From: Candidatus Oxydemutatoraceae bacterium
GTDB taxonomy: Bacteria; Pseudomonadota; Gammaproteobacteria; Poriferisulfidales; Oxydemutatoraceae
Direction: 5' to 3'
Assembly: GCA_965219575.1 (NCBI GenBank)
Contig: OZ244779.1
Span: 908,769-972,768 of the forward strand
DNA: 64,000 bases
In this document: one piece after another, positions 39,701 to 50,504 of the stretch
How positions within the stretch are numbered: the stretch's first letter is position 1
Layout: every line of letters begins with the position of its first letter
The notes under the pieces: generated by a model
What the model was told of the DNA's origin: nothing
Seen by the model: only the letters and a program-made list of their open reading frames with translations
Database searches by the model: none
Position numbers and translations under genes: made by a program

Positions 39701-42700
39701 TTGCAACATTCAGGATGCCGACATTCCCCAGCCTTGCCTCCGACGACAGTGCCGCAAACAATCCGATAGATGCATCATCAACCGTATCTCTATTGATCTG
39801 CAAATTAGAAATGTTGTTATTGTTGCCGTTGAATAGACTCGTAAACGGGGTATCGACGGTCGCTATAGGCAACCAACCGGTATCGGTAGCAACGGCCGGA
39901 TCATCCACCGTCCACTCGTCTTTGTTGGACATCACATCGACATAGCTTCGGGTGGTCGTGAAATCCAAATCTCTCAATAACTCGTAGCCGGTGCATGTGT
40001 CGGCGGGACAGCCCGAAGTGATTTTGCTGTCTACGGTTGCCAAGCCATAACCGCTACCGTCCGGTTGGTAGCGGATCGCATCCAAGTCCTCCAGATAATA
40101 AACATCTATCAAGCCGTCGTCGTCGCCGTCCACATTTATAGGAAACGGACCTATCCGATAGGTATTGTCGTATTCCTGCCCGTCGGTATGATTGACGATG
40201 ACACGATAGCGGACCGTACTCGCAGGAGTGCCCGACACCGTATAGGGATTATCACCGGAAACATCTGTCCAATTACTATCGCCCTTGTCACGGCTTTGCC
40301 ATTGATAGCTGAATGTTCCGACACCGTCTGGGTCATCCTCGGCGGATGTGATGCGCAATTCAGTCGGGCTGACACTGATTCTTAATTGCGGCGCACCGTT
40401 GTCCTCTTTGCTAACGGTTAGCATAAGTGTTCCGGAGGCTATGTCAAAGCCATCGTCAACCGTTATCGTATAGACGATACTTTGTGTCGTCCGCTCGGCT
40501 GCTACAAAGGCGTCGGGTACGGTGACAGCGATGCTCGCAGTCGTGTCTTGCCCTTGCGCAAGCACCGTGTCTTGTTGTTGTAGTGAGTATTGGTAACTCC
40601 CGCTACCGTTGCGAAACACCGCTTGAAGCGTAATATCGTCGCCCTCGCTAACGGTGGCAGTAGAAGGTGTCGTGCCGAAGGAGACAATCTCAACCGGAGC
40701 CTGTGATCCTTTGATCAGATTAAAATTATATGTCAATCCATCTACCCTAACTATCATCGTTTCAGTCGTAGTTGCTTGCAGTGTGATGGAATCGCTTAAA
40801 TCACCGCTACGCTTGTCGTCAAAATAGTCGGTGTTATCGGATGTTCTCAAGACCGAAATCGTCGCAGTGTCGTTGATAGCATAGGGCCTTAGTTCAATCT
40901 CGGTGCTGCGACCGGGGACTCTTATATCGTAGTCAAGCACCACCGGTGAAAAAGGCTGATCTTGAAATACTCTGGCATTATCAAGCTGTTTGCCGTCTAC
41001 TACAAAAAACAAAGTACTCAAACCCTGGTTGCGGATAGTTTGACCGGATAACACTGCGCCGCAAGGCGGCAGTGGCGTGTCGGGATCTACATCGCAGGCA
41101 GGGTGGTTGGTGTCGTCGCCTCTGGCATAACGCAATGCCGGATAACTCTCTTCATCGCCGAAATCCCAATCGTCGCTACTCCAATTCGCATAAATACCGG
41201 TGGCACCGGTCGGCATCTGCAACTGGTCGGTCATCAGACCGGTGCCACCTCTAGAAGTGCCTCTTCCACTCATCTCGGTGTCCCAGTAGCTATCACGCAC
41301 CGATCCGGAATTTTCACCGATTAAACCACCTCCATTGGTATTTCCAACCTCGGCGATGGAATAACTGTTGCTAACTCTTCCGCCTGCAACATTAATAACA
41401 CCAATAAGACCTCCCACATCGCTATTATTATTAGTATCAAAGACAACACCTACTACATAACTGTTAATGACAGATCCTCTTAGATCAATACGCCCCACTA
41501 GACCACCTGAGTCACCGGCTTGCGATGAAACATTAGCATCTGCATAGCTATTGATAATGCTGCCTTGGTTGTTACCACAGATGCTGCCACCAAAATCCGC
41601 CTCATTGCTGGGTAATAAGACGGCACCACGGGCATAACTGTTGATCATTAACCCGTCACTTTCGTTGTCACCGGCTAAAAGACCTGTATTGCCATTTAAT
41701 CCTGCAATCGAACTATCCCCATCTACATAGACATTCATCAGCCTACCTTCATTCACACCGACTACACCGCCAACTCTAATATTACCTTCTACTCGTATCT
41801 CCGACAACCCGACATTACGAATGGTGCCTCTATTCCTTGAAAACAAGCCAATATCGTTGGTACTTTCTCTATTGATCGGCAAATTAGAAATACTATATCC
41901 GTTGCCTTCAAAAACAGCAGTAGAAGCAAAGCCCCCTAGGGGCGACCAACCTCGTTTCACGGTATTGTTAAAATCGTCGTCGCCCAGCACCCAGTTGTCG
42001 TTGACTATACCCGATACATAACTCTGCGTTGTCGTAAAATCTAAATCCCCCACCAATTCATAACCGTTGCAACCGGTGTCGGGGCAACCGGTGGTGATTT
42101 TGGTCGCGCCATCGCTAGCCGTATAACCGCTGCCGTCCAACTGGTTGCGAATGGCATTCAGATTATCCAAATAATATATTTCTATCAAACCGTCGTCGTC
42201 GCGATCCACATCTATAACGGACGGACCTAGCGTATAGCTTGACATATAATCTTGTCCGTCGGTATGGTCCACCATCACACGATAACGGATTGCGCCGGCT
42301 GCATTGATCGCAAATGTGGAAAAATTAGTATTGGAAATATCCATCCAATTACCACCACTGGTGATTTGCCGTTGCCACCGATAGCTAAATGTACCGGCAC
42401 CGTCCGGGTCGTCTGCGATAGAGATCGCACTTAACAAGGGTGCATTAACGAATTTCAGTTGTGGGATACCGTTATTTTCTTTATTGGCAATGAGCCTAAG
42501 GTCGGCGGGTACTGTCTCGAACTCATCGGCAACCGTTATCGTATAGACGATATTCTGCGTCGTCCGCTCGGCTGCCACAAAGTCGGGCGATATAATGACA
42601 TTAAAAGTTTCGGCAACATTCGTGCTTTGCCTTTGCTCGAGCACCGTGTCGCCCTGTTGCAACGAATACGCATAGTTTCCTCTGCCGCCGGCAACCTCAA

Positions 42701-44486
42701 CCGTTAACGAGATCGGTTGTTCCTCATCAATGGGATTATTCGCTCCGGGCATACTATCAAAGCGCACAATCCTCAACCTATTTGCGGGACCCACCTCTAT
42801 GTTCAACCTATAAGTGACATCTCCTGCCGTGATCGTCACAACCTCGGTGGTAGCCGCTTGCAACATGATGTCGTTGCTTAACTCACCACTGTTTTTGCCG
42901 GCAAAATAGTCGGTATTCTCGGTATCGCTTTGTTTGGTAATTGAAATCGTCTCGGTACTGTTGATAGCATAGGGTCTTAATTGAAACCTCGTGGTAGGCG
43001 GCATTTTTATATCGTAAGTGGACTGTAAGGGTGAAAAAGGCTGATCTCGGAATACTCCGGCATTATCCTGCCGTCTGTCGTCCACTACAAAAAACAAAAT
43101 ACTCAAACCTTTATCACGAATAGTTTGCCCGGATAACACCGCACCACAAGGCGGCAGTGGTGTGTCGGGGTCTACATCGCATGCCGGGTTGTCGCTGTCG
43201 TCGCCTCTCACATAGCGCAATGCCGGATAACTCGATGCATCGCCGAAATCCCAATCGTCGCTACTCCAGTTGGCATAAATACCGGTGGCACCGGTCGGTA
43301 TATGCAACTGCTCGGTAGTCCGACCGATGCCATCCCTAGAGGTGCTTCTTCCGCTCATCATGATATCCCAATAACTATCGTTTACCGGTAAGTCTACTCC
43401 AAGTGTTGCCGAAAATTTTCTGGCGATTAAACCGCCCAGGTTATTTCCGGTTGGATTGGTAGCTGTCACCGCAACGGTTGAATAGCTGTTTGTGATACTC
43501 GGGTTTGTGCCACCGACCCATAATGTACTAGCAAGACCACCTATGTTTCGGTCAGCCCTCGCATCTGCAGTTAAATTTGCAGAACCCATTGCATAACTGT
43601 TGACAACAAACCCTAGAATATCGCCTGTTAAACCCCCTATGTTCCTCACTGCCGAAACCTCGGCGATTGCATAGCTATTGATAATTCTACCTAAAGTTAA
43701 ACCACCGATACCGCCTACAAAACTACCTGCCGACGAAACATTACCACGCACATAACTGTTGATAATTAACCCATTTGACTCGTTTCTGCCGACTAAAAGA
43801 CCTATTGCGTTATTTCCTCCTAAAATGTTGCCCTCGTCAACATGAACATTTATTAGATTTCCTTGGTTGCTAGCGACTAAACCACCCACTCTTTGAGAAC
43901 CCTCTATTTTTATCGCCGATAACCCAAGATTGCGCATGGTGCCGGTATTGCCGGCAAACAAGCCTAAATCTTGAGAGTTGTCTCTATTGATATGCAAATC
44001 GGAGATGCGATATCCGTTACCTTCCAAAATACCGGCGAAGTATCTGCTACTCGAATCTGTACAATCATTGTTAGAAACAGAACCGATAGGCGGCTAGCCT
44101 CGTTTGACACTACCTCTAAAATCATCGTCGCTGAGCACCCAGTCGTCGTTGACTACACCCGATACATAACTTTGCGTCGTCGTGAAGTCTAAATCTCTGA
44201 CCAATTCATAACCGTTACAGCCGCCCGTAGGACAACCGGCGCGAAGTATTAGATTCACACGCCGTATACTGGTACCGTCAAGATCATCCCGTATCCCCCT
44301 CACATCTTCCAAATAACACAGCTCTATCAAACCGTCGTCATCGTCGTCTATGTCTACGGGGGTGTCGGGATCGTTATCGATTTCGGCAGCGCAATCATCG
44401 ATACTTTCATTTTGTGCGAAGACTGGTTGCACGACGAACAACCCCAAACAGAGTAGAAAGCCGTATTTTCTAAAATTTATCTGCAT
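36714..44486 (-). pseudogene. Giant exported protein paralog 3 (~2,590 codons, four GLUG-type modules, C-terminal VFLEGPLQ tag) interrupted by one in-frame TAG at 44094-44096
   Basis: ORFs 44094..44486 (signal peptide MQINFRKYGFLLCLGLFVVQPVFA) and 36714..44027 are in the same frame. The junction reads RG*PPIGSVSNNDC where gene 1 has GWPPIGSV (TGG to TAG). Confidence 0.8.
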
Positions 44487-44564
44487 TTATACAATTTGTT
44501 GTCAACACTCGGAGAAAATATCAAACCATTATATAGCAAGTTATCCACTATAATAATCGACACT

Positions 44565-45470
44565 ATGCAGAATGTATTTCCGCAAAACATCATTGCAATT
44601 ATTTGGGATTTCGACGAGACGATGACACCCGAACCTATGCAAAAAGTATTGTTTGACGCTTATGGGCAGGACAGCAAGACCTTTTGGGATGAAGTCAATA
44701 GATTACCTGCCGAATACCAAGCCAGAGGTTGCAACCAAGTATCCAACACATTGGTATATTTGAATCACATTTTAGATTATGTGAAGGAAGGTAAATTCAA
44801 GGATCTATCCAATGCGCGCCTCAAAAAATTGGGCAAGGGTATCGAATTCTATTCGGGGTTGGTAGACCTCTTAAAAAATCTCAAAAAGATAGTCAAAGAA
44901 CCGCCGTATTCAAATTATCAGTTGAGCCTTGAACATTATGTGGTTAGCACTGGGCTTAAAAAACTGATTGAAGGCAGCGATGTGGCATCGAACTTGACCG
45001 ATATATGGGGTTGTGAGTTTATCGAGAACGAGCGGGGTTGTATAGAGCGTGTTATTTATGTATTGGACGATACGACCAAAACACGGGCGATTTTTGAAAT
45101 CAATAAAGGTGTAAACAAAGACAGCAACATTCGGGTCAACGACTCCATTAAAGAGGATCAACGTCGCGTGCCTATAGAACATATGATTTACATCGCCGAC
45201 GGTCCCAGCGATGTGCCGGTATTTTCGGTCATCAATAAACACGGTGGTAGAACCTTAGGTGTCTACAATCCGAAAAGCGCAAAGAAATACAAGGACGCAT
45301 TCCAGTTGCGCCGAGACGAGCGTGTCGATAATATGGAGGAAGCCGATTATGGGGAAAATAAGCCCGCCGCCCGTTGGCTCGAGGCGACGGTTCGCGAAAT
45401 TGCCGACTCGATCGTCAAAAAGCGAGAGCAAAAGCGAGAACAAAGCGTTTCTCCGGCACCGAGCTACTAA
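44565..45470 (+). CDS. HAD-superfamily hydrolase (haloacid dehalogenase-like)
   Basis: Motif I WDFDETM, motif II YVVSTG, motif IV MIYIADGPSDVP. The ATG at 44565 is preferred over the TTG at 44496. Confidence 0.85.
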   Translation: MQNVFPQNIIAIIWDFDETMTPEPMQKVLFDAYGQDSKTFWDEVNRLPAEYQARGCNQVSNTLVYLNHILDYVKEGKFKDLSNARLKKLGKGIEFYSGLVDLLKNLKKIVKEPPYSNYQLSLEHYVVSTGLKKLIEGSDVASNLTDIWGCEFIENERGCIERVIYVLDDTTKTRAIFEINKGVNKDSNIRVNDSIKEDQRRVPIEHMIYIADGPSDVPVFSVINKHGGRTLGVYNPKSAKKYKDAFQLRRDERVDNMEEADYGENKPAARWLEATVREIADSIVKKREQKREQSVSPAPSY

Positions 45471-45537
45471 CTATCTATAGAAGGAACTGGTTGCACATAT
45501 TCAACGCATCAATGTTTGAGATTGCGTGAGGAATTCG

Positions 45538-46545
45538 TTATCGTTGCTTAGGTATTCGCCTATACCGATTTGCCAACCGAATAAATTCAGCACTAGGATG
45601 TTGCTCCGTATCAAAAGGTAAATGTATTCGCCTGTCCAGCAGTAGTCGGAATTGTTCTAATCCTCCATCCAAACGATGGCTTGCCAACTCATCCATTTTT
45701 TCTTGGTTAAGCCTCATCACTAAATTGTCATCAAGATAGATCAGACAATTGTCATACGCCCGATGTAGTGTCGGCGAAAGTGCGATACCGTTACTAATAT
45801 GATCGCTGCTACTATCCGATGACACCGGAAGAATATGTGCTGCGTCTACAAGCCCCAACTGGACACGTGTTACGGCACATCTGTTCTCATAAGCACTTAA
45901 AACTATCTTTCTGAATCTCGCATCTCTAGAATACCGGTTTATTTTTGCCACGATTCGCCTTCTTTCTTTAATTAAGCTATTGATATTTTTCTGTTCTAAA
46001 TGCGGTGTTTCGGTGCTTCTGTTCAATAGTCTCAATGTATCCTTATCTGCGCCATATTGGTGAAGTTCCGCTGCGTTCATAATGTAGTTCAGTAATAAAT
46101 CAGACCGTATTCCAACAGTTATTTCATCATTTGTTTTTGTATGAAACGACCAACCATTCTGTAAAGCTGTGTGGATAGCATTGATGTTTATTTGAATTGA
46201 CGGCGAACCTGCCGTAAACGTCCGATGTTTGGCCAAGTCAAATCCTGCAAATACTCCCAAATCCGAGTAATATCCGAGTAGCACCGTATATCCATTTGGA
46301 TTTGTCTTTAGTGGTGATGCAACCGATGTCATTTGTATACGATATTCATTCGGTAATGTATGTCGACCACCATGAGTGAGAGACCAAATATAAACCCACA
46401 CCGAGAAGATCTCGCCATAATATGAAATAACAAATTTGCGTGGATGTGTCTGCAATGTATCGGAGACATAATACGCCGTCGCCCCCAATTGCCGGAACGC
46501 ATCTATTATGGCTTTAGTAATTTCATTCGCACTGACCGACGGCAT
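45538..46545 (-). CDS. HNH endonuclease, putative restriction enzyme, with an N-terminal specificity-type domain
   Basis: C-terminal FRKIVLSAYENRCAVT...VDAAHILP...HISNGIALSPTLHRAYD is an HNH_2-type motif. Lies directly downstream of a co-oriented methyltransferase. Confidence 0.88.
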   Translation of the reverse strand: MPSVSANEITKAIIDAFRQLGATAYYVSDTLQTHPRKFVISYYGEIFSVWVYIWSLTHGGRHTLPNEYRIQMTSVASPLKTNPNGYTVLLGYYSDLGVFAGFDLAKHRTFTAGSPSIQININAIHTALQNGWSFHTKTNDEITVGIRSDLLLNYIMNAAELHQYGADKDTLRLLNRSTETPHLEQKNINSLIKERRRIVAKINRYSRDARFRKIVLSAYENRCAVTRVQLGLVDAAHILPVSSDSSSDHISNGIALSPTLHRAYDNCLIYLDDNLVMRLNQEKMDELASHRLDGGLEQFRLLLDRRIHLPFDTEQHPSAEFIRLANRYRRIPKQR

Positions 46546-46594
46546 ATTGATTCTCGTTTAACACCATACAATATATGGCATACCTCCTATTATG

Positions 46595-47719
46595 TTATAA
46601 CCTCTTTTTACTTTTTTGATGCAAATCAAACGATTTGGTTTTCGGAGTGATTGCGACTTTTCCTTTTGTATTCTTCGGTTCGTTTTTCCCAACGAAAGTT
46701 GGTCGTGTTTGTCCTCCGTCGGTTTGAAGTTTTTCATCTGTCGACCCATTCCACAACAACCCGGGACGTGCTACTCGGTAATGTGTCTGGTTCCCGTTCA
46801 TTGGTGTTTTGCCATCGTCATTCGGAGTTCTACGTCGTGCAAAACGACCGAGTGCACCTATCAAGTAATCTTCTCTAAGTTCAATACAAATCCATTTTCG
46901 CTTCAAACGTTGTGATACCTCTCCGGTAACACAACTGCCTGCGAATGGATCAACAACGACATCGTATTCATCTGTCAACATTCGAATAAAATATTCCGGC
47001 AGTTCTACCGGATATCTTGCCGGGTGCGCTTTAATGCCGTGTTCTTTGCAGTATCTCAAGTAATAGCTATTGCTCTCCGTATTCGGAAGGGCTAAAAGAT
47101 TTGGCGGAATAGACGCACCGTTATCAATGCTGAATTTTCCACTAATATCATGACCGGATGGACGTTTTCGGGCATTATAACCTTTATCCAAAAGTTCTAT
47201 CATGCTACTGCTATAAGGTTGTAGCACACGGCGGTTACCGGCTTTTGGCCATGGTGTTTTTGAAAGCCACCATACACAGTTAATTGCGTCTTTTACTCGA
47301 ATACGCCGAATTGTCACCCATTCCGCCGGTGTCGGAAGTTTTGATGGATTCCACAAGTAAAAGTCTTGTGCCAGATGGAATTGGTATTCCTCACAAAGCA
47401 TAATAAGCAATTTGAAGTGATACAGGTGTCGTGTCGGCATACCTTGATTCCAAACACCTCCAATATCAATAACAAAACTACCCGTATCTTTGATTACTCG
47501 GTTGAATTGCTCCGCAAAAGGACGAAACCAATCTAGATAACTATCTGCAGGAACATTTCCGTATTCCTTTTTGCGGACAAGGCCGAAAGGGGGACTAGTC
47601 ATAACGAGATCTACAGACTCATCTTTCATTTGACTTAACACGGTTAAAGAGTCTCCAAGGATTATTTTTCCGTGCTTTGTCCTATGAAATACTTTCGGAG
47701 AAATTTTTTTCTTTGTCAT
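46595..47719 (-). CDS. Site-specific DNA methyltransferase, beta class (N6_N4_Mtase), probably N4-cytosine
   Basis: Motif IV TSPPF precedes motif I DPFAGS (beta order, as in M.PvuII); also HPARYP. A GGAG RBS precedes the ATG at 47719. Confidence 0.9.
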   Translation of the reverse strand: MTKKKISPKVFHRTKHGKIILGDSLTVLSQMKDESVDLVMTSPPFGLVRKKEYGNVPADSYLDWFRPFAEQFNRVIKDTGSFVIDIGGVWNQGMPTRHLYHFKLLIMLCEEYQFHLAQDFYLWNPSKLPTPAEWVTIRRIRVKDAINCVWWLSKTPWPKAGNRRVLQPYSSSMIELLDKGYNARKRPSGHDISGKFSIDNGASIPPNLLALPNTESNSYYLRYCKEHGIKAHPARYPVELPEYFIRMLTDEYDVVVDPFAGSCVTGEVSQRLKRKWICIELREDYLIGALGRFARRRTPNDDGKTPMNGNQTHYRVARPGLLWNGSTDEKLQTDGGQTRPTFVGKNEPKNTKGKVAITPKTKSFDLHQKSKKRL

Positions 47720-47900
47720 TATGTCCACTCCTTTTGTGAGTTTGGTACTTTTAGCCACCTTGTGTATTTTGCTTTCCTGTTAAAAACATCGGCAATGACC
47801 GGTGCGTTTGACTCTCGTATGGGTTTCATTGTCTTGGTCGGATTTTGCATTGGTTCGTCTATTTTACAATCTTGTTGTGTCGGAGCAAAATAGTAATGTA

Positions 47901-47986
47901 GAGCTATTGAAAAGAGAATTGCTGCTTGACCTCTCGGCTCAATCGGCGGTTCTATTTGTACAAAACGGTACTTTTTCAACAGCCCT
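47901..47986. mobile_element. Short MITE-like element of the same repeat family
   Basis: Imperfect inverted ends gagctattgaaaag ... ctttttcaacagccc enclose the gctcaatcggcggttctat motif. Confidence 0.6.
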
Positions 47987-48063
47987 CCGCCTATGTATAA
48001 TAAGCAAATGAATACACGGCATATCCGTTTTGCCGTATTGACATCTGATATGAGGACAAGCTA

Positions 48064-48951
48064 ATGCAAAGAATATTTCTACTGGTAGGCACTAACCTGG
48101 CTATTTTGTTCATTCTGAACATCGTTTTACAGTTATTCGGCATAGGAGACTGGCTGAGTTCCAGCGGTAGTGATCTCAATGTTACCGGTTTGCTGGTCAT
48201 CTCTTTCATTTTCGGTTTTGCCGGGTCGTTGATATCGCTTGCGCTGTCTAAAACCATAGCGAAACGCACGATGGGAGTGAAGATTATAGAGGAACCTAGC
48301 AACCGCAACGAGAAATGGTTGCTCGATACCGTTGCTGCCCAAGCCGAAAAAGCCGCTATCGGCATGCCCGAAGTCGGCATTTTTGATTCGTCTCAGCCCA
48401 ATGCGTTTGCTACCGGCATGTCCCGCAACAATGCTTTGGTTGCGGTCAGTACGGGTTTGTTGATGACTATGGATGCCGACGAAGTCGAGGCGGTACTCGG
48501 ACACGAGGTCAGCCATGTTGCCAACGGCGATATGGTGACTTTGACTTTGATTCAGGGGGTGTTGAATACCTTTGTCATTTTCTTCTCTCGCATCATAGGA
48601 CATATCGTCGATAGGGTAATACTCAGGTCCAATAACTATAGCCTCGGTTATTTTATGACCGTCTTGTTTGCGCAGATGGTATTGGGTGTGCTGGCGAGTA
48701 TCGTCGTTATGTGGTTCTCCCGCCGTCGAGAATTTCGTGCCGATTACGGGGGTGCCGAACTGGCCGGTAGAGATAAGATGATCGCAGCGTTGAAGCGACT
48801 AAAATCAAAGAGCGAAGCGAAAGACTTGCCCAAGGAGATGGCAGCTTTCGGTATTTCCGGAAATGTGGGTGGCTCTTTAGCTCGTCGTTTGTTCAGTAGC
48901 CATCCACCGATAGAAGATAGAATAGCTGCATTAGAAAACACCGAACTATAA
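48064..48951 (+). CDS. htpX: Protease HtpX (M48 membrane zinc metalloprotease)
   Basis: MQRIFLLVGTNLAI start, PNAFATG, HEVSHVANGDMVT, SRRREFRAD, SSHPPIEDRI. Confidence 0.96.
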   Translation: MQRIFLLVGTNLAILFILNIVLQLFGIGDWLSSSGSDLNVTGLLVISFIFGFAGSLISLALSKTIAKRTMGVKIIEEPSNRNEKWLLDTVAAQAEKAAIGMPEVGIFDSSQPNAFATGMSRNNALVAVSTGLLMTMDADEVEAVLGHEVSHVANGDMVTLTLIQGVLNTFVIFFSRIIGHIVDRVILRSNNYSLGYFMTVLFAQMVLGVLASIVVMWFSRRREFRADYGGAELAGRDKMIAALKRLKSKSEAKDLPKEMAAFGISGNVGGSLARRLFSSHPPIEDRIAALENTEL

Positions 48952-48967
48952 ACCGATAGTAAATAGC

Positions 48968-50458
48968 GTGACCGGTCCGCACAAGCTCAAGGCTTTGCTA
49001 CTCGGTCCGATGCTGGCTACAATCGTATACTGGCTATTGCCCGACACTTACAACGATGTAGACGGTGTACGGACGGTTTTTACCGATCCTGCCAAAATCA
49101 TCATTGCGCTTGCGATATGGATGATCGTATGGTGGGTTTTTGAAGCGGTACATATTGCCGTTGTCGGTCTACTCCCTTTATTGTTGTTCCCGCTATTAAC
49201 GCCCAGCGAGATCAAAACCGTTGCCCAAGCCTATAGTTCTCCGGTCATTTTTCTACTGATAGGCGGGTTTTCGATCGGCTTATCGCTACAACGATGGCAT
49301 GTGGACAGGCGTATCGCTTTGCTGATTTTATCTAATATAGGTAGCCAGCCGAGAATCCTGATTTTGGGGTTTATGCTGTTATGTGCGGTGTTGAGTGGGT
49401 TTATTTCAAATTCGGCAACCGCAGCGATGATGGTGCCTATCGCATTAACCGTTATTGCGTTACTGGAGAAACAACACTCGACGGGAAACGATAATTTACA
49501 ACGCAACTTTTCTATCGGTTTGATGTTGAGCATTGCCTATGCTTGCAATATCGGAGGTATTTCGACGATTGTGGGAACGCCGCCGAATGCTTTTGTCGTC
49601 GGTTTCGCAAACGATATGCTGGACTATGAAATCTCTTTTGCCGACTGGAGCATTGCGGTATTGCCGGTGGTCTTGCTTATGCTACCGATCACTTGGTTAT
49701 TATTGACCTATTTCGTTTTTCCGGTTTCCGGTCGGCCGATTGCCGGCAGCCGAGAATTGCTACACGAACAATATACTCGGTTGCCGCCGCTCGCTCGCGG
49801 CGGCAAAATCACGCTGGCGGTCTTTGCACTGACCATAACTTTATGGCTCGGCAGAACACATATACAAGCACTGAGTTTCGGCACCGACTCGGGCATCATC
49901 AAACCTTTCGCAGGCTTATCCGACGCCGGCATCGCAATGCTTGCGGCAATCCTGCTATTCGTTTTACCCGCCGGCAAAGGACAGCCGACTCTGGATTGGG
50001 ATACCGCTAAGAAATTACCTTGGCATATCATTTTTCTATTCGGGGGTGGGTTGGCATTGGCACAAGCGATCAAAACCTATCAAGTAGATGTGATTATCGG
50101 CGGACAGCTTACCGGGTTGGTCGGATTGCCGGATCTTTTAATCATGTTCACGATTGTTGCGTTGATTGTTCTATTGACCGAGGTTACTTCCAATACCGCA
50201 ACGACCGCAACCTTAGCACCGATTATTTCTACCTTAGCCGTCACTTTGGGTCTAGATCCGATATTGGCGATCACCGCAACTGCGGTCGGTGCCAGTTGCG
50301 CTTTTATGATGCCGATTGCGACGCTACCCAATGCGATTGTGATCGGGTCGGGTTATCTAAAAATTAGAGATATGGTCAAAGCCGGGTTGGTTATCAACCT
50401 ATTCGCTATGGTTGTGGTCACCCTGGTGATGTATTTTTGGAGCGACGGAATGTTATAA
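48968..50458 (+). CDS. DASS/SLC13 family sodium-coupled dicarboxylate/sulfate symporter
   Basis: Many TM helices with ISNSATAAMM, GTPPN, TEVTSNTAT and AFMMPIATLPNAI motifs. Confidence 0.92.
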   Translation: MTGPHKLKALLLGPMLATIVYWLLPDTYNDVDGVRTVFTDPAKIIIALAIWMIVWWVFEAVHIAVVGLLPLLLFPLLTPSEIKTVAQAYSSPVIFLLIGGFSIGLSLQRWHVDRRIALLILSNIGSQPRILILGFMLLCAVLSGFISNSATAAMMVPIALTVIALLEKQHSTGNDNLQRNFSIGLMLSIAYACNIGGISTIVGTPPNAFVVGFANDMLDYEISFADWSIAVLPVVLLMLPITWLLLTYFVFPVSGRPIAGSRELLHEQYTRLPPLARGGKITLAVFALTITLWLGRTHIQALSFGTDSGIIKPFAGLSDAGIAMLAAILLFVLPAGKGQPTLDWDTAKKLPWHIIFLFGGGLALAQAIKTYQVDVIIGGQLTGLVGLPDLLIMFTIVALIVLLTEVTSNTATTATLAPIISTLAVTLGLDPILAITATAVGASCAFMMPIATLPNAIVIGSGYLKIRDMVKAGLVINLFAMVVVTLVMYFWSDGML

Positions 50459-50471
50459 ACCTCAATAGGCG

Positions 50472-50495
50472 AATTCCCCTCCGAAGGAGAGGAAT
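50472..50495. terminator. Hairpin (CCCCTCC-GGAGGGG repeat family) between convergent genes, possible bidirectional terminator
   Basis: attcccctcc gaa ggagaggaat; related hairpins occur at ~36596 and ~59272. Confidence 0.5.
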
Positions 50496-50504
50496 ACTAT
50501 CTTC

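Noticed and set aside
44094-44096. Stop-codon reassignment or pyrrolysine at the TAG
   Set aside because: TAG terminates other genes here (e.g. 26763-26765, 54583-54585). The site is a conserved Trp one transition away from TAG.
44541-44549. DnaA-box-like ttatccact
   Set aside because: Single mismatched box with no cluster or origin context.
16447-44553. Short ORFs overlapping the three giant genes on either strand
   Set aside because: Off-frame or antisense by-products that recur only with the underlying repeats.
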